A DNA stretch of 64,000 bases from an uncultured Gemmataceae bacterium (GCA_963750165.1 CAVVPN010000011.1:2144001-2208000), one strand, 5' to 3'. Shown: positions 43,483 to 55,817, numbered from the stretch's first letter. Numbers and translations: made by a program. Notes: generated from the letters alone by a model not told the origin.

Positions 43483-45639
43483 ATGAGTGTACTGATCGCT
43501 GAAAAAGAGCTGCCGCAGGAGCTGACCGTGGAGCAGGCCGTCGAGGCCGCCTACGCCGCGGAGTTGACCGAGGTGGCGTCCAAGCTGCAGCGCGGCCTGC
43601 CCACGCTGGTCGAGTGCGACAAGGACCTGGCGCCGTACCTGTATCTGAACCTGCGCGGCCGTCTTCGCCCCGCCGGCCTGCGCTGCCTGTACCTCGACGG
43701 CCGCATCCCGCCCGAACAGGCAGGCCCAATGGACCCCGGCCTGATCGGCGCCATGATCCAGCAGCTGCGCGACGCCGTGCGCGGCAACGCCGTCGAGCGC
43801 CGCGTCGTCGTGCTGCCGCACCTCGATTTGTTGACCACCAGTCAAGGCGGCCTGACCGCCGAGGCCCGCGAGGTGATTCCGCTGCTGTACGAGAATCCCG
43901 AACTGGTCTGGCTCGGCTTCAAGGACCCGTCGTTCCCGGTGCCGCGCGTCATCGAGCAGCTGTTCCCGCACCGCCTCAGCCTGCTCGGCCTGGCGCGGAC
44001 GCGGTTGCGGCAGCTGGTTACGCAGAAGGAAAGCCGCAAGTTCGGCAAGCAGTTCAACCCGTGGGCGCTGTACAAGCACGTCAGCGGCGTCAACGCGGTG
44101 CGGCTGCGCAAGCTGCTGAGCACGCTGGAGGGTGAGGATTTTCCGGCGAATCCGCGGCACGTCTACCGCCAGCTGCGGCAGGCGACGCTCGGCGGCACGC
44201 TGGAGGTGCCCGAGATCGACCTGGAAAAGGACATCGGCGGCTACGCCAAGGTCAAGCAACGGCTGCGCTCGGAAATCCTTGACCTGATGGCCCACAAGGA
44301 CCGGCTCACCGAGGCTGCGGACATCACCGCCATTGAGGAGTTGGTGCCGAAGGGCTTGATCTTCTGGGGGCCTCCCGGCACCGGCAAGACGCTGTTCGCC
44401 AAGGCGATGGCCGCGGCGCTCGGGGCCGCCATCACCATCGTCTCCGGCCCGGAATTGAAGAGCCGCTGGGTTGGCGAATCCGAGGAAAATATCAGGCAAA
44501 TCTTCCACCAGGCGCGGCAGTCGGCGCCGTCGATCATCGTGTTCGACGAGCTGGATTCGTTCGCGTCGGCGCGCGGCACCTACACCGGTTCGGGTGTCGA
44601 GCATTCGATGGTCAACCAGCTGCTGACCGAAATGGACGGCTTTCACCGCGAGGAGATGGTGTTCGTCGTCGGCACCACGAACTTCGTGGAAATCCTGGAC
44701 CCGGCATTGCTGCGGCCCGGTCGCTTCGAGTTTCACCTGCACATCCCCTACCCCGAGGACGATTCGCGGCGGGAAATCCTGAACATCTACGACCGCAAGA
44801 TGGGGCTCAAGATGAGCGCGGAGACGGTCGAGCACACGGTCAAGCGGACGGACTTCGTGGTGCCGGGGGCTGCGGCGGGCACGCTGTTCAGCGGCGACCA
44901 TTTGAACGCGCTGTGCCGGGCCATCGCCCGCCGTCGTCTGCGCGAGGGCCGCACCGACGCCACGACACCCGCCGACGTGGAGCGGGCGCTGACCGAGTGG
45001 GTCGAGAAACAGACGCTGACGCCGGCCCAGGAAAAGGTGGTCGCCACGCACGAGGCCGGCCATGCGGTGCTGGCGCTGCTGTTCAACCGGCCCATTGCTC
45101 GCATCGCCCTGACCGACGACGTGATCGGGGCGCTGGGCTACGTCCGCCACAGCGAGGACGCCGACCAGCGCAAGGTGCAGACGCGCGGCCAGATTCTTGA
45201 AGATATTTGCATCTGTTTCGGCGGCCGCGAGGCGGAGCGGTTGGTTCTGGGAGATTTGTACGACGGGGCCACGCAGGACGTGCAGACGGCGACGCACCTG
45301 GCCCGCGTGCTGGTGGAGGTGCTGGGCCTGAGCGAGGACGACGAGGTCGGCGTGGTGCGCTACTGGGGCCGCGAGAATAACGGCGAACGGCGGTCGGATT
45401 TGTCGCCGGTGCAGGTCGAGGCGCTGGACCGCCGGGTGCGCACCATCCTGGAGGAGCAACGGCAGCGTGCCGCCCAGCTGCTGCGCGAGAACTATGAGAT
45501 GGTCGAGACGCTGCGGGATTTGTTGATTGAGAAGAAGGCGATTGAGGCGAAGACGCTGAGTGAGATGCTGCCGAAGAAAGGCACCGCGAAGCGGCCGCCG
45601 GCGGAACGGGCCGGGCGGCAGAAGGCGGCGGAGGGGTAA
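43483..45639 (+). CDS. Soluble FtsH-like AAA+ ATPase with M41 peptidase
   Basis: GPPGTGKT, VFDELD, LDPALLRPGRFE, HEAGH, GGREAE; no TM segments. Confidence 0.92.
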   Translation: MSVLIAEKELPQELTVEQAVEAAYAAELTEVASKLQRGLPTLVECDKDLAPYLYLNLRGRLRPAGLRCLYLDGRIPPEQAGPMDPGLIGAMIQQLRDAVRGNAVERRVVVLPHLDLLTTSQGGLTAEAREVIPLLYENPELVWLGFKDPSFPVPRVIEQLFPHRLSLLGLARTRLRQLVTQKESRKFGKQFNPWALYKHVSGVNAVRLRKLLSTLEGEDFPANPRHVYRQLRQATLGGTLEVPEIDLEKDIGGYAKVKQRLRSEILDLMAHKDRLTEAADITAIEELVPKGLIFWGPPGTGKTLFAKAMAAALGAAITIVSGPELKSRWVGESEENIRQIFHQARQSAPSIIVFDELDSFASARGTYTGSGVEHSMVNQLLTEMDGFHREEMVFVVGTTNFVEILDPALLRPGRFEFHLHIPYPEDDSRREILNIYDRKMGLKMSAETVEHTVKRTDFVVPGAAAGTLFSGDHLNALCRAIARRRLREGRTDATTPADVERALTEWVEKQTLTPAQEKVVATHEAGHAVLALLFNRPIARIALTDDVIGALGYVRHSEDADQRKVQTRGQILEDICICFGGREAERLVLGDLYDGATQDVQTATHLARVLVEVLGLSEDDEVGVVRYWGRENNGERRSDLSPVQVEALDRRVRTILEEQRQRAAQLLRENYEMVETLRDLLIEKKAIEAKTLSEMLPKKGTAKRPPAERAGRQKAAEG

Positions 45640-45739
45640 ACTCTCGTCAGGTTGTGACCTCTCGTTGTGGCTTGGTCGGGAGACCAAGCCACTGACTTTG
45701 ACCGCAGGTCTCCCACGCTGCAACCCGGGGAGACCTCGA

Positions 45740-45898
45740 TCACAACCGAATAATGACGCCGTGACGCTTCGTCGGGCGTGGCAACTCGATCACCTCCCCC
45801 CGGACCAGTTCAACACAGCGGTTGTGGTTTTCCGGCAGGTGGACCCAGTCGAAGAACTCCTCGGCCGTCATCTTTTTGGAAGTGGCGGCGGCTCTCAT
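45740..45898 (-). pseudogene. Truncated Uma2 endonuclease fragment
   Basis: MTAEEF…ELVRGEVIELPRPTKRHG then a stop next to a palindromic stretch. Confidence 0.75.
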
Positions 45899-45942
45899 AG
45901 CGACCCCTTTCCCGGAATGGTTCTCCATCACCCGCGCACAAT

Positions 45943-46902
45943 CTACCCACCGAAGCGCCGCTGGGCCAGGGCCAGGGCGCCGTGCAGCACCACTTCCTCA
46001 CCAAGCGCCGCTGGCACGATGTCGTAGCAGTCCGCAAACGGCTTGAAGACGCGCTCAGCGACCGCCTGCCGTAGCGGCTTGAACAGTACGTCCTCGCCCA
46101 TCAGCGCGACGCCGCCGCCGATGACGACACGCCGCGGACAAAGAAGGGTGATGACGTGACAGATGCCGAGTGATAAATAATGAATGGCTTCCGCAATGAC
46201 GCCCAAAGCAAGTTCATCACCGTGGCGGGCGGCTTCGCTCACATGATGGGTGTTCAGTTTTTCCAGGCGCCCGCCCACGAACTGGCGCAACAACCCACCG
46301 CCCTCGGTAAATTCAAGCCGTCTCCGCGCCAGTTGTTGAATCGCCCAGCCGGAAGCCTGCTCCTCAAGCGGCTCATAAGCAAGCGAATCAAAATACCAGA
46401 CCTCCATTAACAAATGCCCAATCTCCGCCGCCCCGCGCCCGCAGCCGCGGTAGATTTCGCCGTCGATAATCAGCCCGCCGCCGATGCCCGAACCGATGGT
46501 GATGTAGAAGAGCGGCGACAACCCCTTGCCCGCCCCGAGCAGCGCCTCGCCGAGCCCGGCCACGTCGGCGTCGTTGCCCAGCGCCGCCGGCAGCCCGAGG
46601 CGGTCGCGCACCCAGTCCGCCAGCGGGAAGTTGTCCCAGCCCTCGATCTGATGCGACTTGATGACCGTCCGCGTCGCGTCATCCACCGGGCCGCCGAAGC
46701 CAATGCCGACGCCGCGCAGCGCTTCGCGCCGCACACCAACCTGCAATAGCAACTCCGGCACCACAGCTTCGATCTGGTTCCGAATGCCCGCCGCGCCCGC
46801 GAAGGCATCCACGACGCCGCGCCAGCGGCCGATCAGTGTCCCAGCGCCGGCACCCAGCGCCAGCTGCAATTTCGTGCCGCCGATCTCGATGCCGAGGAAC
46901 AC
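45943..46902 (-). CDS. ROK-family sugar kinase
   Basis: GIEIGGTK, NDADVAGLGE, GSGIGGG, EIGH. Confidence 0.92.
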   Translation of the reverse strand: MFLGIEIGGTKLQLALGAGAGTLIGRWRGVVDAFAGAAGIRNQIEAVVPELLLQVGVRREALRGVGIGFGGPVDDATRTVIKSHQIEGWDNFPLADWVRDRLGLPAALGNDADVAGLGEALLGAGKGLSPLFYITIGSGIGGGLIIDGEIYRGCGRGAAEIGHLLMEVWYFDSLAYEPLEEQASGWAIQQLARRRLEFTEGGGLLRQFVGGRLEKLNTHHVSEAARHGDELALGVIAEAIHYLSLGICHVITLLCPRRVVIGGGVALMGEDVLFKPLRQAVAERVFKPFADCYDIVPAALGEEVVLHGALALAQRRFGG

Positions 46903-46915
46903 GACCCAACCCCCC

Positions 46916-48337
46916 TCAGGCCAGAATCTCGCGGATCACGTGCCCATGCACATCGGTCAACCGCCGGTCAATGCCGTTGTGCCGGAACGTCAGCCGCTCG
47001 TGATCGATGCCCAGCAGGTGCAGCACCGTGGCATGGACATCGTAGCAGTAGGTCGGATGCTCCGCGGCGCGGAACGACCATTCATCGCTGGCCCCGTGGG
47101 TGACGCCGCCGCGAACGCCGCCGCCGGCCAGCCAGCTGGTGAACGTGAACGGGTTGTGATCGCGACCGCGGCCGCCCTGGCTGCACGGCATCCGGCCGAA
47201 CTCCGTCGTCCAGAGCACAATGGTGTCGTCCAGCAGGCCACGATGCTTGAGATCCTTGAGTAGCGCCGCGGCCGGCCGGTCCATGCCCGTGCCCATGTCG
47301 CCGTGGTCGCGGGCCAGGTCCTCGTGCGAGTCCCAGTTGCGGCGCGGGAAGCCGTTGTCGGCACCGCTCCACAACTGCACGAAGCGCACGCCGCGCTCCA
47401 GCAGTCGCCGGGCGATCAAACAATTGCGACCGAAGTCCTCCGTGACGCGCTGGTCCAGACCGTACAATCGCCGCGTCGCCGCCGACTCGCGCGAAATGTC
47501 CAGCACCTCCGGGGCGCTGAGCTGCAGACGAGCCGCCAACTCATACGACTGGATGCGGCCGTCGAGCCGTGAGTCGCCGGACCGCGCCGCCGCGTGGGCC
47601 TGGTTCATCTGCCGCAGCAGGGCCTGACCGTCGGCCTCGCTTCGCGGCGTGATGTAGCCATTCTTGGCGGGGAACAGGTCCGCGATGGGGTTGCGGTCGC
47701 CGGGCCGGACCATCGTGCCCTGGAACGCCGCGGGCAGGAAGCCGGCGCCCCAGTTGGCCGGGCCGTTCGGTGCGAAGCCGCGCACATCCGGCAGCACGAC
47801 AAACGCCGGCAGGTCGTCCGTCAGCCGGCCGAGGCCATAGCCCACCCAGGCGCCCACGCTGGGAAAGCCCGGCAGCACGAAGCCGGTCGCCTGCATGAAC
47901 GTCGCCGGGCCGTGGACGTTCGAGCGCGACACCATTGCCGGCAGAAAGGCGATGTCATCGACGCAACCGGCCAGGTGCGGCAGCAGAGCGCTGACCCATT
48001 TGCCGCACTGGCCGTGCTGCCGCCAGCGCCAGGGGCTCTGCATGACGGCGCCGGGCGAACTCTGGAACAGCTCGACGCGACCGCCGGGGTTGAACGCCTG
48101 GCCATGCCGCTGTGTCAGCAGCGGTTTGTAGTCGAAGGTGTCGCACTGGCTGGCGGCGCCAGACATGAACAGCTGCACGACACGCTTCGCGCGGGCGCGG
48201 TGGTGCAGGCCGCTGTTGAGGTCGGCGCGCGTCTGCGGGGCCTGGCCGGCCAGCAGCTGATCCTGGCCAAGCAGGTGCGCCAGGGCGATGCCGCCCAGGC
48301 CGCCGCCGCAGTGCCACAGGAAAGAACGTCGGTCCAT
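46916..48337 (-). CDS. DUF1501 protein
   Basis: RRSFL, AKRVVQLFMSGA.SQ.DTFDYKP, ARRLLERGVRFVQ, EFGRMP, GRDHNP. Confidence 0.93.
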   Translation of the reverse strand: MDRRSFLWHCGGGLGGIALAHLLGQDQLLAGQAPQTRADLNSGLHHRARAKRVVQLFMSGAASQCDTFDYKPLLTQRHGQAFNPGGRVELFQSSPGAVMQSPWRWRQHGQCGKWVSALLPHLAGCVDDIAFLPAMVSRSNVHGPATFMQATGFVLPGFPSVGAWVGYGLGRLTDDLPAFVVLPDVRGFAPNGPANWGAGFLPAAFQGTMVRPGDRNPIADLFPAKNGYITPRSEADGQALLRQMNQAHAAARSGDSRLDGRIQSYELAARLQLSAPEVLDISRESAATRRLYGLDQRVTEDFGRNCLIARRLLERGVRFVQLWSGADNGFPRRNWDSHEDLARDHGDMGTGMDRPAAALLKDLKHRGLLDDTIVLWTTEFGRMPCSQGGRGRDHNPFTFTSWLAGGGVRGGVTHGASDEWSFRAAEHPTYCYDVHATVLHLLGIDHERLTFRHNGIDRRLTDVHGHVIREILA

Positions 48338-48355
48338 GATACAGTGCTCCGGGGG

Positions 48356-49383
48356 TCAAAGCGTGTCGGGGTCGATGCCGAGGGAGCGCAGTTTGTCCGC
48401 GAGTTTTTCCCGCTGCTGTTTCTCCGCCTCGGCGCGCTGTTTCTCGGCCTCGGCCTGTTGTGCCGCCGCCTCGGCGCGCTGCTTTTCCGCCTCGGCCTGT
48501 TGCGCCGCCGCCTCGGCGCCTGTTTCTCGGCTTCGGCCTGTTGCGCCGCCGCCTCGGCGCGCTGTTTCTCGGCTTCGGCCTGTTGCGCCGCCGCCTCGGC
48601 GCGCTGCTTCTCGGCTTCCGCTTGCTTGTGCGCCGTCTCGGCCTTCAGTTTCTCAATCTCAGCGCGTTCGGAATACGTGGGTAGCAAAATGCCGTTCACG
48701 TCCGACCAGCGAATCCAGTCGCCGAAGATGCCCAGATAAGTTCCCTGCCAAAGCCCCAGCTCCGCCCGCATCGGGTCGATGAGGTAATGGCCGCGTTCGT
48801 TCGGCTGCAACAGGCGGTAAGTGTAGCCTTGTTGCCCGGGGCCTTCCAGGACGTAAACCTCCAACGTGTTCCGATCCGGGTCAAAGATGCCGTAATACGG
48901 CGCACAGATTTGTTTCTCGTAGGCCCAGAATTTCCCGACCCCCGTCGTGCGGTCCCGTTCGCCGCCTTCCGTGTCAGAAATGAACTCCAGCACAATGGTG
49001 GGCCGGACCGTTTCCGCCCACAACAAATAGGAGCGGCGCAACCGCCCGTCCACGGTCTGCCGGACGTTCTGCACACAGAACCAGTCCGGCGCCTTGCGGC
49101 CATCTTGCTCGGCGCTGGGAACGTCGTAGTAAATGAACACGTCCTGGCCGATCCAGAACCGATTGTCCGGGTGGAGTTGTTGCAGGTGCGGCGTAATGGC
49201 GTCGGTTAATAACATGCTGAGCGGGTGTTCCAGTCCGTTGCTGACCATGTTTTCTTCCGTGCAGGGCAAATCGTACTGGGTCGGCATGTTGAATTTCCTG
49301 AACCTATTGGGGTCGTCTTCCGAACAGGGCAAATCCAAATGCGTGGGCAACCTGCCCCACTTCGGGTCCACTTTGCGGCTCAT
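48356..49383 (-). CDS. Uma2-family endonuclease with coiled-coil tail (frameshift near 48520)
   Basis: APDWF, VLEFIS, YYGIFDP; tail ends LRSLGIDPDTL*. Confidence 0.88.
48415..48620 (-). repeat. 42-bp tandem repeat (~4.5 copies) encoding AEAEKQRAEAAAQQ
   Basis: Directly visible; one copy lacks a base. Confidence 0.9.
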
Positions 49384-49405
49384 GATCTTCTCCCATGCTG
49401 ACTGA

Positions 49406-51586
<2,181 letters not shown>

Positions 51587-51689
51587 GGTTGTTTCCATTG
51601 CAGGCGATCCGTCAGCCGCGGCGGTATCCCTGGATTGTCACCGCCCGTGGTGGACGGTGCAAGCACAACTGCATCAGCGCGAGGCCGAC

Positions 51690-52175
51690 TCAGTCCCAGC
51701 GCCCTTGCGGCTTCTGTTTCCACAGCCAGATAATCCAGTCCACGTTCTTCGGCTCGCCGCCGAAATCCTTCAACCGGGTCATGCACTGGCCGCGGTGGTG
51801 TTGCGTGTGCATGGCCACCTGCACCAGCGCCGCGCTGACCGGGATGACGCACGGCGGGTCCGGGAACCACGGGATGCGCACCGTGCGCACCATCCCTGCC
51901 TCGTCCAGCGCCGCCGTGAAGTCGCGCAGCCCGGCGTGACAGACGGGCGCCCACTCCTTCAAGCGCTCAAACGTCGAGGGTGGGCCGTCGGGCGGAAACC
52001 CCGGTACTTCGCCGCGCAGGATGGACAGGAACCCCTGCTGCACGCCGAGGATGTGATCCATGCGGCGACGCAGCTCTTCGTGGTCCCGGGCGGGTGACTT
52101 GCCCCAGGTGTGGAAGAAGATGGCGTTGGCCCATTCCGCGTGGGCCATGAGGTCGCGCAGGTGTGCAAGCATCAT
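51690..52175 (-). CDS. DinB-family protein
   Basis: HAEWAN…H…HTQHHRGQ. Confidence 0.88.
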   Translation of the reverse strand: MMLAHLRDLMAHAEWANAIFFHTWGKSPARDHEELRRRMDHILGVQQGFLSILRGEVPGFPPDGPPSTFERLKEWAPVCHAGLRDFTAALDEAGMVRTVRIPWFPDPPCVIPVSAALVQVAMHTQHHRGQCMTRLKDFGGEPKNVDWIIWLWKQKPQGRWD

Positions 52176-52207
52176 AGGATCCTCCTTGAGATAAATTCCG
52201 TGCCGGG

Positions 52208-52308
52208 GTTCTGCCGCTTGTGGCTTAGCGCACAACAACCCTCCCGGCCCCAGAAAGGAATTCTAGCGACGGAAGGGTTGAAGCGCGCTAAGCCGCAAGC
52301 GGCAGAAC
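52208..52308. repeat. REP-like inverted repeat; one arm also near 34766
   Basis: gttctgccgcttgtggcttagcgc / gcgctaagccgcaagcggcagaac. Confidence 0.75.
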
Positions 52309-52370
52309 GAAAAATCTTTCGCCGCCGGCGCCCCGGCGTGCGTTTCACTGGTGGGCCCCGTGAGAACGGC

Positions 52371-52928
52371 ATGGACTGCGACGACGCCAACCTGATGCGC
52401 CGCTGGCAAGCCGGCGACGCGGCCGCCTTCGAGGCGCTGGTCCGCCGCTGGGAACAGCCCGTCGCGCGTTTCCTGACGCGCCTGGCGGAGCGTCCCGATC
52501 GCGTTGCCGACCTGTGCCAGGAGGTTTTTATGCGCCTCTATCTCGCCGGGCCGCGTTACCGGGAAACCGGCGCGTTCTCGACCTGGCTGTATCAGATCGC
52601 GCTGAACGCCGCCCGCGACGCGGGCCGCCGCCGCCGTCATGAGCCGGCGTCCCTGGCCGAACAGGACGAGCCGGCCGCGCCAGCGCTGGCCGAGGCCATC
52701 TGCGAGCGCCGCGAACTGGCCGAGCAGGTGACGCAGCTCGTCGCGGAACTGCCGCCGCCGCTGCGCGAGGTGCTGGTGCTGCGGCACTACGAGGGCTTGA
52801 CGTTCGAGGAGATCGGCCGCGTGCTGGCGACGCCGCCCAGCACGCTCAAGTCGCGCTTCGCCCTGGCGCTGGCCCGGCTGCGCGTGCGGCTGCGGCAGCG
52901 CGGCTGGAGCCCGGAGGAAACCCCATGA
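52371..52928 (+). CDS. ECF sigma factor
   Basis: DLCQEVF, FSTWLYQIALN, LRHYEGLTFEEI…TLKSR. Confidence 0.93.
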   Translation: MDCDDANLMRRWQAGDAAAFEALVRRWEQPVARFLTRLAERPDRVADLCQEVFMRLYLAGPRYRETGAFSTWLYQIALNAARDAGRRRRHEPASLAEQDEPAAPALAEAICERRELAEQVTQLVAELPPPLREVLVLRHYEGLTFEEIGRVLATPPSTLKSRFALALARLRVRLRQRGWSPEETP

Positions 52929-53562
52929 GTGATTGCACCGCCGTCCGTCCGCTGCTGCCCGAGGCCGTCTACGGCGATCTGGCCGCCGGTCCCGCCGCCG
53001 CCGTCCGCCGCCATCTGGACGCCTGCGCCGCTTGCCAGGCCGAGTTCGCCGCGCTCCAGGAGGTGCGCGACGCCCTGAACGCCGTGCCGCCCGCCGCGCC
53101 GGCCCGGGTCGATGTCGGCCGCCTCTACCGCGACGCCGCCCGGCGGCAGGCGCAGAAGCTGCGCCGCTGGCGCCGCGCCGCCGTGGTGCTCGGCGCCGCC
53201 GCGGCACTGCTGCTGATCGTGTTCGCGCTGCGGCTGGAGTTGCGCGTTGACGGCCGGCAGCTGGTGCTGCGCTGGGCGCTCCCGAGGCACCTGCCCCGGT
53301 CACGCCCACGCCGCCGCGCCTGGAGCCGCCGGCCGTCGTGCAGGCGCCGCCGGCGGTGACCGCTGAGGATGTGTACTTGCTCAAGCAGATCGTCCACGCC
53401 CTGGCCGCCGACGTGGCGGCACGCGACCGGCAAAAACAGCAAGAATTGCTGGCACTGGAACAGCGCCTCGACTGGCTGCAGACCCGCACGGAGCAGCGCT
53501 GGGTGCTGACGCAGAGTTACGTTTCCGCCCTGAACACGACCTTACTCGCACGAAAGGAGTGA
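52925..53562 (+). CDS. zf-HC2 anti-sigma factor (frameshift near 53280)
   Basis: HLDACAAC and a TM helix; ATGA coupling to the sigma gene. Confidence 0.8.
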
Positions 53563-54923
53563 CCATGTGCTGTCACCGTTGGCTGCCGGCCCTGACGCTC
53601 GCCCTGGCGACCGCCATCCCGCTGCACGCCCAGGTTCCGGTTGACCAGGGCGGCCCCCCTCGCCCCAGCCCCGGCGGCAGCAAGGCCGCGATGCTGTCCG
53701 GCGAGAAATTGCGCGAGATGTACGAGGACATCGAGATCATGCGCCGCCTGTTGCCGCGCGCCCTGCACGCCTGGCAGTCCGCCAGCTGCACCGCCTGCCA
53801 CACCGACCCGTTCGCCGGCATGGCAAGCTCCAGCGGCAGCCTCGGCGTCGCCTTTTCGCCGGACGGCAACCGCCTGGTCGGGGCAGAGTCGCTCGGCTGG
53901 ACCTCGCCTGGGCACACAGGCACCACCAAATCGGTACGCTTTGATGCGTTCCACCACGGCGGAGTGCTGGCGCCGCTCGCCGTGGAGGGCGTGTACCTGC
54001 GCGGCCAGGGAGTGGTGTTCACGCTGACGCTGCCGCCGCTGCCGCCGCGGGCGTCCAGCCCGAAGGTAACCGCGACCAAGCCGCTGAGCGACTGGGAGCG
54101 CGCCCGCAAGGAACTGCGCGGCGAGGAGGTCAAGTCGGCGCCCGCGGCGAAACGGTTGCCGGACCTGGAGGAGGAAATGTTGCGGCTGCTCGCGGAGAAC
54201 GGACACCACTTCAGCCAGCTGGGGCCGAAGGAGTCGATCACGATCGTCGTCACGTTTCGCAGCAAGGCCTCAACGGGTAAGATGGGTCCCGGAATGTCTG
54301 GGATGCCAGGCGGCATGGGCGGCGGCGGGAAGGGTGGGTTCGGCGGGATGGGCAGCCCGGGGGGCGGGTTCGGCGGCACGACGGGTGGCGGTGGATCAGG
54401 CTCGGGTAGCAGTAGCGGCAGTGGGTCGAGTACCACCGGCGGCGATCAGTCCACGAAATCCGTGTCCAAAAGTCCGGACAAGGTCGCGGACCTGGAACTG
54501 TTTGCCGACCTGCAGCTGAAGCAGGGCAAGGTGTCCGACGCCATCAAGCTGTACCAGGCGGCGGTCGAGCTGAAGCCGTCGGCGGCGCGGGTGCAGGGGC
54601 TGTACCGCAAACTGGCTCGGGCGTACCTGGCGCTGGAGGATCATGTCAGGGACGATGCTGGCCGCCGGCTGGTGATTGAAAAGGCGCTGCAATACTTGCA
54701 GCGGGTGCAGGACGCGAACAATTCCCCGCACCCCAAGGTGAAGGCCGCCCCGAAGGCGGCGCCGCTGCCGGCGCGGCTGATCGTGTCGGCGCCGAAGGCG
54801 CTGCTGCACGCCTACGCCAGTGGCGCGGTCAACTACGACCAGTTCCGCGAGGCCGCCACGGTGGAGTGGCTGCACTTCCCCGCCGCCGAGGGCAAGGCGG
54901 GGGGCGGGGGGGTGCCCAAGTAA
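53559..54923 (+). CDS. Secreted protein with CxxCH motif, Gly-rich linker and TPR
   Basis: Signal peptide, CTACH, GVYLRGQGVVF, TPR-like LKQGKVSDAIKLYQAAVELKP. Confidence 0.7.
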   Translation: MTMCCHRWLPALTLALATAIPLHAQVPVDQGGPPRPSPGGSKAAMLSGEKLREMYEDIEIMRRLLPRALHAWQSASCTACHTDPFAGMASSSGSLGVAFSPDGNRLVGAESLGWTSPGHTGTTKSVRFDAFHHGGVLAPLAVEGVYLRGQGVVFTLTLPPLPPRASSPKVTATKPLSDWERARKELRGEEVKSAPAAKRLPDLEEEMLRLLAENGHHFSQLGPKESITIVVTFRSKASTGKMGPGMSGMPGGMGGGGKGGFGGMGSPGGGFGGTTGGGGSGSGSSSGSGSSTTGGDQSTKSVSKSPDKVADLELFADLQLKQGKVSDAIKLYQAAVELKPSAARVQGLYRKLARAYLALEDHVRDDAGRRLVIEKALQYLQRVQDANNSPHPKVKAAPKAAPLPARLIVSAPKALLHAYASGAVNYDQFREAATVEWLHFPAAEGKAGGGGVPK

Positions 54924-54929
54924 GCGACA

Positions 54930-54982
54930 ATCCGAGCCCGAGCGCCAGCGAGGTGGCCCCTCGCTGGCGCTCGGGCTCGGAT
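54930..54982. repeat. REP-like palindrome between convergent genes
   Basis: 24-bp arms of the same family as 19148-19205. Confidence 0.8.
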
Positions 54983-55013
54983 CGTAAACGGGGTTCTTCC
55001 TGTCCGACAGCGC

Positions 55014-55355
55014 TCACGCCTTGTGGACCGGGCCGTGGTCGTCGCAGTGGTCGCCGTGCGGGTGGTGCAGGTGACCGTCCACCAGGTAATCGGTGTGGTC
55101 GCCGTGCGGCACCGCCTCGTGGCCGCAGCCGGGGCCGTGCTGGTGCTTCGCCGCGTGGCCGCCGCAGGCGTGCTGCGGCGTGCAGGCGGCAGGGTTGGCG
55201 CCGCCGACCGCCAGCTGGTGCTCCTCGACGCCGCCCGGCCCCTGGTGGTGCAGGTGACCGTCGTGCAGGTAGTCGGTGTGCCCCTCGTGCTGCACCGGCG
55301 TGTGGCCGCAGTTCGGCCCGTGCTGGTGCGTGTGGCCCTGGTGATGAGTCGCCAT
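55014..55355 (-). CDS. His/Cys-rich small metal-binding protein
   Basis: 27 His in 113 aa; duplicated HQHGPxCGH…HxxHTDYLxDGHLHH. Confidence 0.88.
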   Translation of the reverse strand: MATHHQGHTHQHGPNCGHTPVQHEGHTDYLHDGHLHHQGPGGVEEHQLAVGGANPAACTPQHACGGHAAKHQHGPGCGHEAVPHGDHTDYLVDGHLHHPHGDHCDDHGPVHKA

Positions 55356-55356
55356 G

Positions 55357-55734
55357 TCACTCTCCTTGCTGGGGGATTGCGCCGGGGCCCGCGTCCAGTT
55401 CGATGGCGTGGGCCAGCGCATTGCTGATAAGATCGGCAACGTGCCGATCCGCCAGTGCGTAAAAAAGATGGTTGCCGTCGCGCCGCCGCACAATCAGCCC
55501 TTCCCCGCGCAGGATGCGCAACCGCTGCGAGACGGTCGAGAATTTCTCCCCAACCACCGCCACAATCTCGGTCACGCACAATTCCCCGCGCTCCAGCAGG
55601 TTCAAAATCCGCAAGCGTGGGCCGTCGCCCATCGCCCGGAACATCTGCGCCGCCCGCTCCAACGAGGCCGGCGGCAGGATATTCCCGGTGTGCTTGTGGT
55701 CGCCGGGTTGGCAGGATGGCGTCGTGCGGCTCAT
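55357..55734 (-). CDS. ArsR/SmtB metalloregulator
   Basis: FRAMGDGPRLRIL, ELCVTEI, VSQRLRILR, YALADRH. Confidence 0.92.
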   Translation of the reverse strand: MSRTTPSCQPGDHKHTGNILPPASLERAAQMFRAMGDGPRLRILNLLERGELCVTEIVAVVGEKFSTVSQRLRILRGEGLIVRRRDGNHLFYALADRHVADLISNALAHAIELDAGPGAIPQQGE

Positions 55735-55753
55735 GGTCAACCTCCTATTCAAT

Positions 55754-55780
55754 TATTTCATCATTCCATGAAATAGTCAA
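55754..55780 (-). promoter_or_regulatory. Palindromic operator next to the -35 of the arsR promoter
   Basis: TATTTCAT-6-ATGAAATA; TTGACT on the minus strand at 55780-55775. Confidence 0.75.
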
Positions 55781-55817
55781 TAGCCTTCCCCGTTTTTCCA
55801 GGCCGCCCAGTTCCACC

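Noticed and set aside
48415..48620. Tandem repeats as a CRISPR array
   Set aside because: No unique spacers, the unit is 14 codons of coiled coil, and no cas genes are present
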